A stretch of 64,000 nt of DNA, from positions 124,001 to 188,000 of the forward strand of contig OZ025652.1 in assembly GCA_964019335.1 (NCBI GenBank), written 5' to 3'. The notes under the pieces are model-generated. The model was given only the letters and a program-made list of their open reading frames with translations, searched no databases and had not been told where the DNA came from. The DNA is from Diplonema japonicum. Its lineage: Eukaryota > Protista > Euglenozoa: Diplonemea. Position numbers and translations under genes: made by a program. Within the stretch, counting starts at the first letter, position 1; the number at the start of each line of letters is the position of its first letter. Shown here piece by piece: positions 22,449 to 34,672 of the stretch.

Positions 22449-23580
22449 TTAGAGGCGTGCAGAGGCCGAGGGCTTCTGGTTGTGGAACCAGGAATAGCCT
22501 TTCTCGGCGTCCTTCACGAGGATGGGGATGGCTTCGTTGAGGCAGTTCTGTAATTATTTTTTATAAATGCTTCCCCATCCCCAGGACACATACCATCTCT
22601 TGCTGTGAGAGCTTGCCGATGGAGAGGCGCGATTCAATTCCATTAGTGCCCAGCTGCACGGGCCAGGCCATGTACGGTGCCTTTGAGGACCCGTCTGTGT
22701 CCACCATGGCGCACACAGCAGGCTTCCTCTGTCCCAGCAGTGCTTCCACGCACGCTACAACGAAGTAGGCCGTTGCTGCGCCCATGGATAGCGTGGCCGA
22801 CCCCTTCCCTGCCTTCGCCTGCACTACTTCTGTTCCTGCGTTCTGCGTGCGCTCCCTCAGCTTCGCCATGTCCCCCTCCGACAGCTTGCCCCCCACAGTC
22901 GTCAGCGAGAACAACGGCACAATGGTCGTCGCACTATGCCCCCCGATCACAGGCACCTCCTTGATCACCATGTTGGGCTGCACAATTTCGTTCACAAAGG
23001 CACACGCCCTCATGTTGTCCAACAGCGTCACACCGAGGAGCTTGTTCTTGTCATAGCACTTCCAAGCCTTCAGCACCTCAGCCGCGATGGGGATGCACGA
23101 GTTTACGGGGTTGGTCCCGATGCACAGCAAGCAGCCCGGTGCCACCTTCGCCACAGTCTCCGTGAGGTCACGGATGATGCCCGCGTTCACGTTGAACAAG
23201 TCATCACGCGTCATACCAGGCTTCCTGGGGACACCAGCCACTATGACCACCACATCTGCACCGCTCACAGCCTTCTCAAGCTCCTCCGAGGATCCCCTCA
23301 CGCCCTGGTACCACTGCACGTCAACCTGTGTGTCTACGTGCGAGATGTCGGCGGCAACACCATGCACATGCGCTATGTCATAAAGGGACAGGATGGACCC
23401 TGCGGGGAGGTGCACCTTCAAGAACAGGGACAGGGTCTGCCCGATACCACCGGCAGCACCCAGCACAGCAACCTTCTGCCTCCTGTTATCATCTCCCATA
23501 CCCGCCATGCCGACACCCCCCACCAGCCCGGAGGCAGGCCTCCCGATGCTGGAGGAAAACGATGAACCAGCCGTCAGCAT
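22449..23580 (-). CDS. MDH: Malate dehydrogenase, glycosomal/peroxisomal type (PTS1 ARL); intron 22548..22593
   Basis: VAVLGAAGGIGQ, LPAGSILSLYD (like kinetoplastid gMDH), AGVPRKPGMTRDDLFNVNA, TNPVNS, GSATLSM; last exon ends SASARL*. Confidence 0.93.
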
Positions 23581-23649
23581 GTTGCGTCTGTAAGTCCTGT
23601 AATACCATAGAGCTCAGTGGGAACAACAGAAAGAGCTAAAAATGAACGA

Positions 23650-26600
23650 TTAAACAGAAATAAGTTTGTAAAGTAGAGACATCAAGCGATCGTCAGAGGT
23701 GGCCTTACCAGACTCCAGGATAGCATCTACATGGTTCTGGAGGATGTTGCGGAAGGCCACCAGCAATGCTAGAGTGCGGGGCCATCCAGTGAATCGTATC
23801 CAGCCGCCGCATAACATAGACTGGTCTACGTGTGACAGGACAAGCTTCCCTCCTAACAGCACAACAACCATGTAATGTACTGAGGTAGTATCCTTCACGA
23901 AGACGCGAGCCTTTGACGCACGGACCTTCTCGCTGTACACCAGGTATCTGGAGCCCGATGGCTCATAGTTTGCAGAGCTCTTCCCTATAACAACCTCTCC
24001 TTCCCGAGAGTACCACCTGCATGCTCCTTCTTTTGTCACCTTTTCTCCTTTCAGAACACAAGGGTACATCCCTGCACACATAACCGCCCCGATCATGTTC
24101 ACCTTTCCTGCATACTTGTCGTTGTTGCGCGTTGCTGTCAGAAGCCCTTCGTTGCTGAGGTATCTCTTCAGCTCGCTCACCACATCTTTCACTGACCACA
24201 TCGTGTGGTCAGAGATGAAAGCTCTTTGGCAGAATCTTCGCTCCCTGTTCTCAGACCTTGCCTGAGTCCACTGCCTGTACACCCTGTCGTAAGCAAGGTG
24301 GTCGGAGTGTGCATCAGCGAAGTCAAGTTGCTTATCACCATGGTCCAAAAGGAAGGGTGACTTGACAGAGAGAGTGGCGACGATGTTCATAATCACAGAG
24401 CTACACTGCAACAGGGAGCCGTACACGAGCGCCTTGCCCAACCCCACCTCCAGAGGGATGTTGGATAAGTGCCTCCCCAATGATGTAAGGGTGTCATCCT
24501 TCGCGGCACCCATCTCTGTGAGCAGCGCCATGGCTGCCTCTACTTGGTCTGCGTCTGGGGGCGATACCGATCTTTTCAGGAAGTCTTCGACAGTGCCACC
24601 CACCCCCAGAGACAGGATGTCCAAGCACACGTCCTCGAGAGGCGACCTCAGCATCTCTGGCAGCTGGAAGTCACGCATTTCATCAAATGTGTGCCGCGAA
24701 TAAAGGTTGAAGCAGTAGCCTTCCTTCACCCTCCCAGCTCGCCCCCATCGTTGCTTGGCGTTGGCTTTGCTGACAGCTGTGTTCACAAGACACCGCATCT
24801 TGCTCAGTGCCTCGTACCGCACTTCCTTCACCCGTCCGCAGTCAATGACAAACACCACGTCAGGGATCGTGATAGAGGTCTCGGCGATGTTTGTGGCGAG
24901 CACTATCTTGCGGACACCTCTAGGCAGCACGTTGAACACTGTGTTCTGGTCCTTGATATCCACCAGACTGTGCAGGCGGAGGAACATGTATTGGGATGTG
25001 TTGCAGAACCGCTCGTGTGCCATGAGGTGGTTATAAACGCTGTTGATCTCCTGGATGCCTGGCAGGAAAACTAGGATACTGCCTTCATGGCCATGCACTT
25101 CTTCAATGTGCTCAAGGCAGACTGTCAAAAGGTGCACGTTCAGCACCGTTTCGTCAATCATCTCCAGCGTATCCTATGGCAGTTGCTGTTGGCAAAACTA
25201 AAAATACCTGTGCATCTTTGTTCATTCCCATCTGATGCGCAACATCTCTCACAACAACAGTCCTCTTTGTGCACCTGTCGTCTTCTCTTGTTGTATAATG
25301 GCGACTATGGGTGGTGTATTGTGTAGCTAGTTTGCATACAATTCGTTGGCTCTGTAGCCTGTCTTCATAAGGATGTCTTCCAGCCAAAACACCGAAACGG
25401 GATGCCTGTGGGTGTCTTGCTTGTTGTATTCCGACATACGTCCTGCCAGGAGCTGTCATGACAGGGCACCCGTTGAAGTACGAAGCATAGGTGCTGACCT
25501 CGATCTGCGGGGGTGACATAGTAAGGTCAACTTCATACCGTTGCGCTCATAAGAATAACTTTCAAGTCCTTCCTTGAGAAAAGCAACTCGCGCAAGATTT
25601 GCAGCAAGAAATCGGTGTGGAGCTGTGGTGCGTATTCGTGATGCCCCTCCTCCCGCTGAACACATACCGATCGCTCGTGTACTTCGTCAATAATAACATG
25701 GGTGATGTTGGACAGCGTGGGGTCCCCATGCAGGTAGCGCAGCAGAATTCCGGTGGTGCAGAAAGTAAGCCGTGTGGCTGGTGTGACTGTCTTCGCGCCT
25801 CTCGTGTGGTATCCCACGAGTCCGCTGGACTCTTGGGAAAGCTCATCTGCGACACGCCTGGCCACACTGATAGCAGAGATCCTGCGTGGCTGGCAGCATA
25901 CGATGTTGACAGACGAGGCACCTGCTGTGTGCACAGCGTCCTCGAGGATGAATCGTGGAATCTGCGTTGTCTTCCCGCAACCTGTTTCCCCGCTGACGAT
26001 AGCGCAAGATGTCTTTTTGATGGTATTTAGGAAGTGCTGTTTTATGTCATGCACTGGGAGGCACCGCCAGTAGTCGCTACGCTCTTGTGTCACCTTCGCA
26101 TCCCATTCATCGCGAATGGCAGCGTCTTCACTGCTCATCTTTCCGTCGGCTTCCTCCATCCAGTCATCGTAGACCTCCTCCTCCGACTCTGTGCTGCAGT
26201 CCACGACATCGTCCACCACAACGTCTTTCTTTGTTTCCACCTTCGCAGGTTTTGGTGCGATTTTGTGTAGCTTCTTATCTGACTCTAAAATTCTGCTGAT
26301 GAATGTTGTTTTCCTTCTATCGACCTCGTCCTTTACCTCCTTCACGTGTTTCTCCTTCTCCTCTGCCCATCCTAACCAGACAGCTCTGTACTCTGGTGGC
26401 AGTGATTTGTATAACGGTATGTTCTTCTTGTGCAGCAAACTGTACAATGCGATCGTTGCAACCATCTCCCTGGCGCTGGCCTCGGATTTGAAGGTGTCGC
26501 CGGTCGTGTGCTCTGCTCTGCTGGGCGGGGCGTTTTTGACTTCGGTGATGAGAGCAACGAGCATGCGTACGTCGGTTGTCACGTCCCCCTCCCTCCTCCG

Positions 26601-27419
26601 CTGCCGCTCGTACGAGATCTTTATCTTGTGCTTCGTGCAGTACTCTTTGAGGTGCTCTGTCGGGTTCTTTCCGTCCCACTTCATATTCGCTTCTTTAATC
26701 TTCGCTATCTTGTCCTTCCCTTCCTCTGCACCCTTTTTCTCTCCTTCTTCTTCTTTCTTTTTTAAATGCATCTGTTTCAGCGGATTCGGCCCTTTCACCT
26801 TCCCACCCTTCTTTTTCTTCTTCTTTTCGTCTTCCTGAGGTTGTTCCTCTGTGTCCGGCTGCGGTGGTGCGTCTTCTGGAACGGGTGCCTTCTCCTTTTT
26901 CTCTTTTTTCTCTTTTTTTTCCTTCTTTTCTTTTTTCTCCTTCTTCTCCTTTTTTTCTTTTTTCGTGTCGGCCTCGGGTGCTAGCAAGCGGAGCACGCCT
27001 GTCCATGCGTCTGCCTGCTCGGTGAGGATTGCGGAACGCACATCTGTCTCATTCTGGGCGGTGTACTGAAGCTCCTTTTCGAGCTCTTTGGGAGAAGCTG
27101 ATGTAGAGATGCTCCTGAGGAAGTCGGGATGTGCCCAGCCTTGCGGGAGGTAGCGTGGGGGTGCGTACTTGCATATCCAGTCGAGTGCTGCAGGCTGAGT
27201 GGACACAGTGGGGTTCTCAAGACATTCCTCAATTGCTTGCCTCGCAACACCAATCTTGCTCAGCGACGCGTACAGGGCACTGAGCTTTGCTTGCGTACGT
27301 ATCGCAAACGGAACTTCACCCTTCCTCTCCGCCTGCTCCCTTTCCCGCTCACGCTCCGTAACAAACAATGCCAGCTCATTCTCCAACCCAGGATCGAGCT
27401 CCAGGTGCGTGCATGTCAT
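23650..27419 (-). CDS. DEAH-box RNA helicase, DHX57/DHX29-like (~1195 aa); introns 25623..25667, 25505..25538, 25406..25439, 25305..25339, 25174..25207
   Basis: UBA-like AALDWIC..P..LP, dsRBD-like region, GETGCGKTTQ, QPRRISA, DEVHERS|LHTDFLL, MSAT|, GRT|HPV..WLED, ATNIAETSITI, QRWGRAGR. Splicing joins three track ORFs in frame. Confidence 0.92.
26890..26965 (-). repeat. Coding low-complexity (KEK)n repeat in the helicase N-terminal region
   Basis: Translation KKEKKEKKEKKEKKEKKEKKEKKEK. Confidence 0.85.
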
Positions 27420-28338
27420 CTCTTTGGAGGGAATGAAAAATGAAATACAAACAAAACATAAAAAAAAGAACACAAATGCTGTAAATCTCTTAATTGTTTC
27501 CCTGAAAAAAGGTGAGACCCCAGACCCAAAATAGTGGACACAATTCTTTTGGGACGCTTTCTAGAGGCGTATTTTTCCTTCGGCCTTCATTTTGTGATTG
27601 TATTTCCTGAGGGGAAAGAGAGGAAGAAAAAGGAAAAAGAAAAGGAAAAGATCACTACATACTCGAAGTAAAGGCCAACCTGGCCTCTTGGACCGAGTAA
27701 CAAGATCCTCAATTAAGAATCGTGGTGTGAGCGCAAGCAGCAATCAACTCTTTACCCAAAAAAAGGAGACCATTTTTTTTTTCATTCAGGGACTCATTTT
27801 TTCTTACCCGGGCGAAATTAAGAGACTTACAGTGACCTTTATTTTTCTTTTCTTTCCTTCTCCTTTTTCCTTTTATTCTCTCTTAGAAACATTAAAAAAA
27901 AACCAACCGGAAATGGAAGGTGCAAAAAAAAAAAAATATATACTTATAACAATTGTTTGTACGTGCCTTGTAGTCAACGACCCCCATTTGTTTGGACAAG
28001 CCAAAGACTGGTTCTTGCAAAAAAAAAAAAAAGAAGGCAGGAGGGAGACATCAAAGGGACTATCTCTGAGACGTACCAAATGAACTAAACTGCAAGAAAA
28101 AAAGAAAAAAAGAAGAAGAAGAAAAAACTATGCAGGCGCTTATTTGTGCGCGAGTACACCTTGTAACCCTTTAAAATAGGTTACACATGCTGCGCTGCCA
28201 CGTATAGTTTTAGCACTGACAAATCAAATCGTTATCACAGGAGAAAAGAAAAGAAGAAGTAAAGATAGGGTGAACACAGCGGGGTAGATACCTTCACACG
28301 ATACATTAAGCACACGGGGGAAGGGTTTCCAACCTGAT

Positions 28339-28373
<35 letters not shown>

Positions 28374-28520
28374 CAATCATAACATTTAATTGCCCCACTG
28401 CTGGGAGAAACAAAAACATCAAAAAAAAAAAGATTATTGGAATTCTAACACACACGTAGTCGAAACGAAACTTACATCTTAAACACACAAAAAAAAAAAA
28501 AAAAAAAAAAAAAAAACAAA

Positions 28521-29742
28521 TCAGAGTTGATCTTCCGGCACATCATCATTGATACCTCCACCGCCAACTGGGGTGAATTCGTATTCTTCTTCCTCTTCCT
28601 TAGGGTTCTCAGTAGTGGTAGTGGGGGGCGCTGGCTGGCCCAAAACCTGCTCGATGTCCAACCGGGGAACAGATGATGTAGGGGAGTTGCTGTGGATGAT
28701 ATGGATAATTTTCCTCTTTCTGTAGTTTCTCTTCATACTTATCGGTGTCTGATGCGCACGGAACGGCGTCTTTGAATTCGTCATTGTCGATAGAGGAGTT
28801 TGAGGCAGCCCTCCCGTACATCCTTTGGTAGGAACCTATCACTGTGTTCATGGCGTCGTTCAGCTCCAGCAGCTGTGTCAGCACTGTGCTCGTCGTGCTT
28901 GCGTTGGCTGCCTTGTTGACTGCATTCCTGCTCTTCAGCATGTCATCCGCTAACTTGTGCACCTCGTCACCTTCTACTACGTCATTATCGCGCTCTGCAG
29001 CCATCAGCATGTCTCTTAGCGTGTTGACCTTATCCCACAGGGTCTGTATCTCAGGTGGGACCTTTGTCCGCTGTGTGGATTTAAAAAACAAAATTATTTA
29101 CCATACCCTTGGAGAAAGGGTCGCTGGGTCGATCCTCGCTCGTAGTGGTTGGTCGCCTGACGCCCGTCTGTTTGCCTCGCGATGGACGTGTGTCTCGGCG
29201 GGTGCGCGTGGGCTGATTTCCTGGTAACTTTTTGGATCCGCGCGTACGCCTTGCGACCCTGGTCCCGCTACTAATCGCCAGTCTTCTGTTATTACCTGCT
29301 TCCTGTACTCCGCCAGCTCCTCCTCTGTCGCGATCTTTTGTAGGGGTTTCAAATCCTTCCTCCCGTGCGAGAACAGATGAAGCGCCAACACCAGCTTCTT
29401 CCCTTGTTCCCCAGCTTCACCGCTGTTCACAGCGATCTTCCCAATCTGCTTTATCATGTCTTCGTTGTGCGCCACGTGCTGGTGCAGCGTTTTGCCACCG
29501 TTCTTGAATAAGCTCTCGAGAAGCAACATTGCCAAGTACTGGGTTTTCTCGTCTTTCTCCGCCACCCTCTTCTTTAGGTCTTTCAGGATCTCTTTTATGT
29601 TTGTGGCGTTCAAGTTCGACAGGTCGCAGACCTCCATGACCGCCATCCAGTTGGGGTCGCCGTTTTCGTCTGGTGTGGTCGCATTCACCACCACCTCGTG
29701 ATGGTCCCCGTGGACACCGATCACCTTCAGGAACATATCCAT
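28521..29742 (-). CDS. TOM1-like VHS + GAT domain protein, 378 aa; introns 29071..29106 and 28690..28738
   Basis: VHS: NATT..PNWMAVMEVCD, LAMLLLESLFKNGG. GAT: LTQLLELNDAMNTVI..Y. Confidence 0.85.
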
Positions 29743-29801
29743 CTTCCAAGAATCCCGCCTGTGTGATGTCTATTTTGATATATTGTGAAAAGACTTGTAA
29801 G

Positions 29802-31286
29802 TTAGCTTTCGCCTGAAATTTCCCACTCGCCGCTGGATGGTGCAACTTCGTGGGCGTCAATAAAGTCGCGCAAAGGGATGCACTGCTTGAGGTCTTCCTT
29901 TCGCTGCTCTCGCATCTCCTTCTTGTGATGCGCGAGTATCTGGGCGCTGCAATGCTGCACACTGACTGGCTGGGGCTCTTTCACTTCCTGGCTGAGTGTG
30001 TCAAGACCCTTCTTGTCCAGGGTATTCATATGCCGCGTCAGGAGGTTCGCACCGTGTAGGGCTGTGTAAACCACCCCGCCTGCAACGGTTGCGGCATTCT
30101 TCTCGCGTTCTGAAAGGCCGACGTTCTTGAGGATCGTCATTTTCTCCCTCGCCAGGTGCTCGACAGCGTTGCAGAGCACATCGAAGAACAAGTCGCATCG
30201 CTCGCTGTTCTGCGAGGTGACGAAGCAAAGGATGCGCATTGTTGGTCGCAGCACTTCCCAGAACAGATGGTCTGGTTTCAGATCTTCGAGAAAGTCGCCC
30301 GACCTGCCAAGTAAGGAGTTCAGATTATCGCGGATCTTAATAGCCTTTCCTTTGTTCGCAGCGACATCCTCGTCCTTCTTGAAGCCCACACCATCGAAGA
30401 TTGTGTTGTTCTCGTCGATCTCAAGCATGAAAAAAGTGAGGTGCTCGCCAACAGTGAATTTCTCAGTGTTGAGGATCTCTTGAAGGTCAACTGCGTCGAT
30501 GGTGTACTGCCTGCCCTCGTCGGTGAGGATCAAGGTGTCTCTGAGGGACGATTCAAGGGTAAGATGCTTGTTGAACTCCAGTTTGCAAAGTGCCGTGGGG
30601 CACGATTGGATAACGGAGCGATTCTGCACCACTCTGACGTTCCCCAGGCGGGGAAGGAATTCTTCGGCAACGCACAGTGTGCTGAAGTGGATTTCCTCCC
30701 CAATATCGAAGTGCCTGACACCAAGCAACTCAAGAGGATTGAAGTAGCAGCATCTTCGGCTGTTCGAGGTGCATTCCAAACGTAGATACCCTCCCGGCTC
30801 GGAGTGAGTTGCCTTCATGTGGATGTTTTCCCTCTCCAAGCAGCGCGAATTGGGTGCACACGCAGGATCGATACGTGTAACAAGCAGCCAACCAGACTCG
30901 CTGCTGAGCTTGACTCTGTTCATGCACATCCTGTCATATTCCATGATTTCCTTACCCTTCGAAAGCTCGGCGTAGATGGTGCCGGAGCTCATCAACCTGC
31001 ACTCCAACGTCGATCCTTCTATTTCAAAGCCATACCATCCATCTGAGCATTTGACCCTGGCAACCAGGATCACGTTGTACAACACATATTCGCTTGGGAC
31101 CAACCTTGTGAACAACCACCTTCCATTGTTGGGGTCTTTTTCTATGTTGTAGTCACCTTCGGCTACACACAGTTCATCCCCTACACACAACCCACTCAAC
31201 TGTCTCTTTTGGCACCATGCACTGTTCTCGCTCTCACCAGTCATCCTGTAATACGCATCAGTGGTGTACCCGACCTTGAACCGCAT
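29802..31286 (-). CDS. Hypothetical protein (~494 aa), possibly tandem OB-fold-like repeats
   Basis: Long ORF; start placed at MRFKVG because the upstream part is T-rich non-coding-like sequence overlapping the neighbouring gene. Confidence 0.7.
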   Translation of the reverse strand: MRFKVGYTTDAYYRMTGESENSAWCQKRQLSGLCVGDELCVAEGDYNIEKDPNNGRWLFTRLVPSEYVLYNVILVARVKCSDGWYGFEIEGSTLECRLMSSGTIYAELSKGKEIMEYDRMCMNRVKLSSESGWLLVTRIDPACAPNSRCLERENIHMKATHSEPGGYLRLECTSNSRRCCYFNPLELLGVRHFDIGEEIHFSTLCVAEEFLPRLGNVRVVQNRSVIQSCPTALCKLEFNKHLTLESSLRDTLILTDEGRQYTIDAVDLQEILNTEKFTVGEHLTFFMLEIDENNTIFDGVGFKKDEDVAANKGKAIKIRDNLNSLLGRSGDFLEDLKPDHLFWEVLRPTMRILCFVTSQNSERCDLFFDVLCNAVEHLAREKMTILKNVGLSEREKNAATVAGGVVYTALHGANLLTRHMNTLDKKGLDTLSQEVKEPQPVSVQHCSAQILAHHKKEMREQRKEDLKQCIPLRDFIDAHEVAPSSGEWEISGES

Positions 31287-31696
31287 CTTTAATGCTGAGT
31301 GGAGTGAGCGGTTCCTGTTATGGGTCTTCCAGGACAACAATCTTTTGTGTGCAATGAAAACAGTCAGGAGTATATAAAAAAAAGATATGAAGCAGATAAA
31401 AATAAGAGGGAAAAGAAGAAAAAACACAATTAATACGCCACGTTTTTGGGTTTTTCTTTTTTTCTCCCGTCTTTCTTTTGAACAATGCCCGTTGTTATCA
31501 CACGCCCACACCACTGTGGGGAAGATTGCACACAAGTTATCCGTGAGGATGGTTGTTTCCCCTTTTTCACTCTTTCGCGGGGATGAAACATAAAGAGGGG
31601 GAGGGGAGGGGAGGGGAGGGGACACACGCGAGAGATACGGTCCAGCCCTTTTTCTCACGCGAAAAAAAAAAGGGGAAAAAGACGAAGAATAATCGC

Positions 31697-33124
31697 TCAC
31701 TGATGTATCGACGCAAGGGTGATAATAGAGGCTGTTACGGAGCACAGAATGGCAGCTAAGAGGAACTTAACCGAGCTGGGTTTCGAGAGACGGTAAATTG
31801 TAGCTTGCCAGAGGGAGGCGACGGCAGGAGTGAGGGCGATAATAGTGGGATGGACTGCTGCGAGGCTGATCGACGTTGCTGAGAAGAGAACAAGAGCGTG
31901 TCCGAGGCCCCAGATGGAGCCGGAGAAGAGAGACGGGAAAAGCGCGTCAGCTGGGATACCGCCCCTTGGCGATATGTTCCACCCGCCCATAACCGCGATG
32001 AAGACGTGGACGGAAGATCCAAGGAGAATACCGCTAGTCATCGAGAAGACGTAGTCCAACCCATGTGGGCTATATGAAACCACGCTCCCTTTAGACAGGG
32101 AGTCCCAGTTCTCCGCCATGTACAAGACTGGCACGGTGTGCGTTCCATACGCAATTCCCGCCAGCGCCGCCAAAAACCACCCGCAAAAGTACCTCTCACA
32201 CGGCCCCATTCTGTCCACCCACTCCGCTTCATAAGGAGGCGGTACTGCGTTTTGCTGCTGCGGTGCGACACGAAGGCTTTCCTCTTCTTCGTCTTCTTCT
32301 TCCTCTTCCTCCTCTTCTTGATGACAGCTCGGCACCAATTCCCTTGGCTCCGTAGGGTACGGATCTTTCGCAGAGTCGTGTTCAAGCTGCTGCTGCACCA
32401 ACTTCGGATCCACAACCACTACCCTGTAGTAGAAAAAAACGCTCAGCAAGCATAGCGCAAGACCCGCGCCGGTAGGCACCTTCTCAAGCATGTCACCAGC
32501 TTCTTTTAAACCAAAGAGGCCGAAATAACTGACAGTCCATCCGCTCAGAAGTGATGCCGACGACCACACAGCCATGCCTGCCCCGGGGCCAATGAGCTTG
32601 ATGATCAATGGCGACAGGATGTTTGCAAATGAGAAAAGCCCGCCACCTAACACTGCTAAGGGGTGGATGGTGGTACCGGGTCTAGCCAAAGCGAAGGCGA
32701 TGCCTGTCAGCCATGCCCCCGCACACAGCAGGAACTGCGTAGCGACATCTACACTAGCAGGATCCACCCGTCTGTGGAGTGGGACAAACATACACCCGAA
32801 TGTGAGCGCCGCCCCAAGAGCAGCCAAAGTGCCCGATTTCTTGTCTTTGTAATCTGTAGCAGGCAAGCTGCACACACAGTCCGTCGTGCCCTTGCAAGGT
32901 GTGCTTTGTTTGTTCCGGCACGAGAATTGGTGGCAGTCGCTGTTTTCGCTGCATGCAACATCCAAAGGAAGGCCCCTAACACAGTACCCTATACCCTGCT
33001 CAGAAGTAACCATTCTCGAGCAATGGATTGACTTACACGCCTTCTGGGTGGATGTCGGCTCCCCGCAGCCCACGTCGCCTAACGCAGCACCTATCATCAC
33101 CGCAAGCAGCGCCCATCGAACCAT
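31697..33124 (-). CDS. TMEM144-like (DMT superfamily) transporter with signal peptide and Cys-rich N-terminal ectodomain
   Basis: FGCMFVP, QFLLCAG, PLAVLGGGLF..ANI..PLIIKLIG.G, GW..SYFGLFG, LDYVFS, SGSIWG; central poly-Glu loop. Confidence 0.82.
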   Translation of the reverse strand: MVRWALLAVMIGAALGDVGCGEPTSTQKACKSIHCSRMVTSEQGIGYCVRGLPLDVACSENSDCHQFSCRNKQSTPCKGTTDCVCSLPATDYKDKKSGTLAALGAALTFGCMFVPLHRRVDPASVDVATQFLLCAGAWLTGIAFALARPGTTIHPLAVLGGGLFSFANILSPLIIKLIGPGAGMAVWSSASLLSGWTVSYFGLFGLKEAGDMLEKVPTGAGLALCLLSVFFYYRVVVVDPKLVQQQLEHDSAKDPYPTEPRELVPSCHQEEEEEEEEDEEEESLRVAPQQQNAVPPPYEAEWVDRMGPCERYFCGWFLAALAGIAYGTHTVPVLYMAENWDSLSKGSVVSYSPHGLDYVFSMTSGILLGSSVHVFIAVMGGWNISPRGGIPADALFPSLFSGSIWGLGHALVLFSATSISLAAVHPTIIALTPAVASLWQATIYRLSKPSSVKFLLAAILCSVTASIITLASIHQ

Positions 33125-33239
33125 GATGCCCTGCTTCCTGTGGTTTAAGTGGTCCAAGAGGTATGTCAACAAATACTGCTCGAAGGGAAGAAGGGAAGGA
33201 GAGCAAATTTGTTCGAAACAAGAACAAATGAATTGAGAT

Positions 33240-34217
33240 CTAAGCTGAGCAGACCAAAGCACCTCCATCAACCTTTTCTGGGATGATACCCTTCAGGGAG
33301 ATCGAAGGTCCCTGCACGCCTGTCACGACGTCCCACGTGATAACAACGTTGTGCGGCGTGGGTGCCTCTAAGTTCTCGACGTTCTTGAAGGCGAAAGCTG
33401 TGTTCCCGCAAATGGTGGGCGGGAGAGACCAACTGTACATCCAATTGCTGACTATCTTCCGCAGCGGAGTAGCTGTTTTCGTAGAGTTGTTCAATGTGAA
33501 CTCGTAGAACACCCTCTGCATCATGGTGGAGGGGTCCATCATGACTCCCGTGAAGCTCCCCTTTGCTGCTGTGCTGGGGAACATCTCGTAAGGCTGGAAC
33601 CCTGACACACCGTACTCGTAATGAGCTACCTGGCTTCCTGTGGCGAGGTCCAGCATCAAGAGGTACCCGCCTTTCTTGTCGCTCGTCGGGAAGGAGCCCC
33701 ACAGTGTGTTGCTCTTGAAGTCAAATTGGAAGTTATTCGGAAAGCCCGCCCAGTTGAGGTTCCCATTGCCAGTGAAATTGCCAATCGACTTCCCCACACC
33801 CGTGCTGATATCGACCACAGACAGGCCGTACACGTCGCCAGATGGTGTTTGCCATGAAGTGCTTGCATACACAAACCCGGGAGTGGGGTGGCAGGCGTAC
33901 GTGTAGTAGTGAGGCGATGTAGGGAAGCTTTTTGTCTCGCTTGTCTCCGTGTTGACGTAGAAGAAGCCCACGTCAGCGATCGTGATGTAGGTACTCACAT
34001 AGACACCGTTGCACAGCGCAGCTCCCTCCCACACAGACCACTCGGGGTCATACTGCGTATGAATTGTTCTGCTTTCATTGGTTTCCAGGTCCACTGTTAC
34101 CAAGCTCGGATGGTTCCCCTCTGTCGTGTAGTAGGTGTTGTTCCAGAACGTCAGTGACAGCCCTTCTGCATACGCTGCCAGCATCACAACCACCATGCTC
34201 CTCATCACGTCTGCCAT
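33240..34217 (-). CDS. Secreted hypothetical protein, probable beta-propeller, 325 aa
   Basis: Signal peptide; repeated blade-like units LVTVDLETN, YVNTETSE, VVDISTGV, MLDLATGS, WDVVTGV. Confidence 0.75.
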   Translation of the reverse strand: MADVMRSMVVVMLAAYAEGLSLTFWNNTYYTTEGNHPSLVTVDLETNESRTIHTQYDPEWSVWEGAALCNGVYVSTYITIADVGFFYVNTETSETKSFPTSPHYYTYACHPTPGFVYASTSWQTPSGDVYGLSVVDISTGVGKSIGNFTGNGNLNWAGFPNNFQFDFKSNTLWGSFPTSDKKGGYLLMLDLATGSQVAHYEYGVSGFQPYEMFPSTAAKGSFTGVMMDPSTMMQRVFYEFTLNNSTKTATPLRKIVSNWMYSWSLPPTICGNTAFAFKNVENLEAPTPHNVVITWDVVTGVQGPSISLKGIIPEKVDGGALVCSA

Positions 34218-34672
34218 ATTTTAAATCACCCCTCCTATCTATGTCTAAGAATGTCTTAAACGTTGCTCTGTTTGTCAACACTGGTCAGTACCTAGATCCG
34301 AAGGCATCAGGGTCTTATGCGAGCTTCAACAATACTTTACGCATGACGAAGTGGTGCCCAACCTGCATTGTTTGCACCAGGTTCGGTTTTCGAGTTTCGA
34401 CGAAAAATTTAACTTTCCGAAGTATCCTCTACCAAAGGAGGCTCTGAAGCAGGTGGCTAAAGTGGTGGAGAGAGAGGTGATTCATTACAGATGTCCCTTT
34501 AACAGTCTGAAACTGCAGTAAGTGTTCCGAAGTATCAGTGGAGAAGTGCTCTCTACTTGTTCGAAGATTTCACATATCATTGCATTTCGTGTAATTTTCA
34601 GCGTTTGTTTGTTCCTTAATATCTTTGAAAGCGGCAGATACAAAAGTTCGAAAAACTGAATAGAATGAAAAA

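Noticed and set aside
27640-28250. Short hairpins in intergenic DNA (aggcca-acc-tggcct; tgtaacc...ggttaca) as possible ncRNAs
   Set aside because: Stems of only 6-7 bp with no tRNA, snRNA, SL RNA or snoRNA box motifs; an Infernal/Rfam scan would be needed.
34400-34540. 12-nt direct repeat ttccgaagtatc in an intergenic region
   Set aside because: Only two copies, with no array, spacer pattern or element ends; not CRISPR-like.
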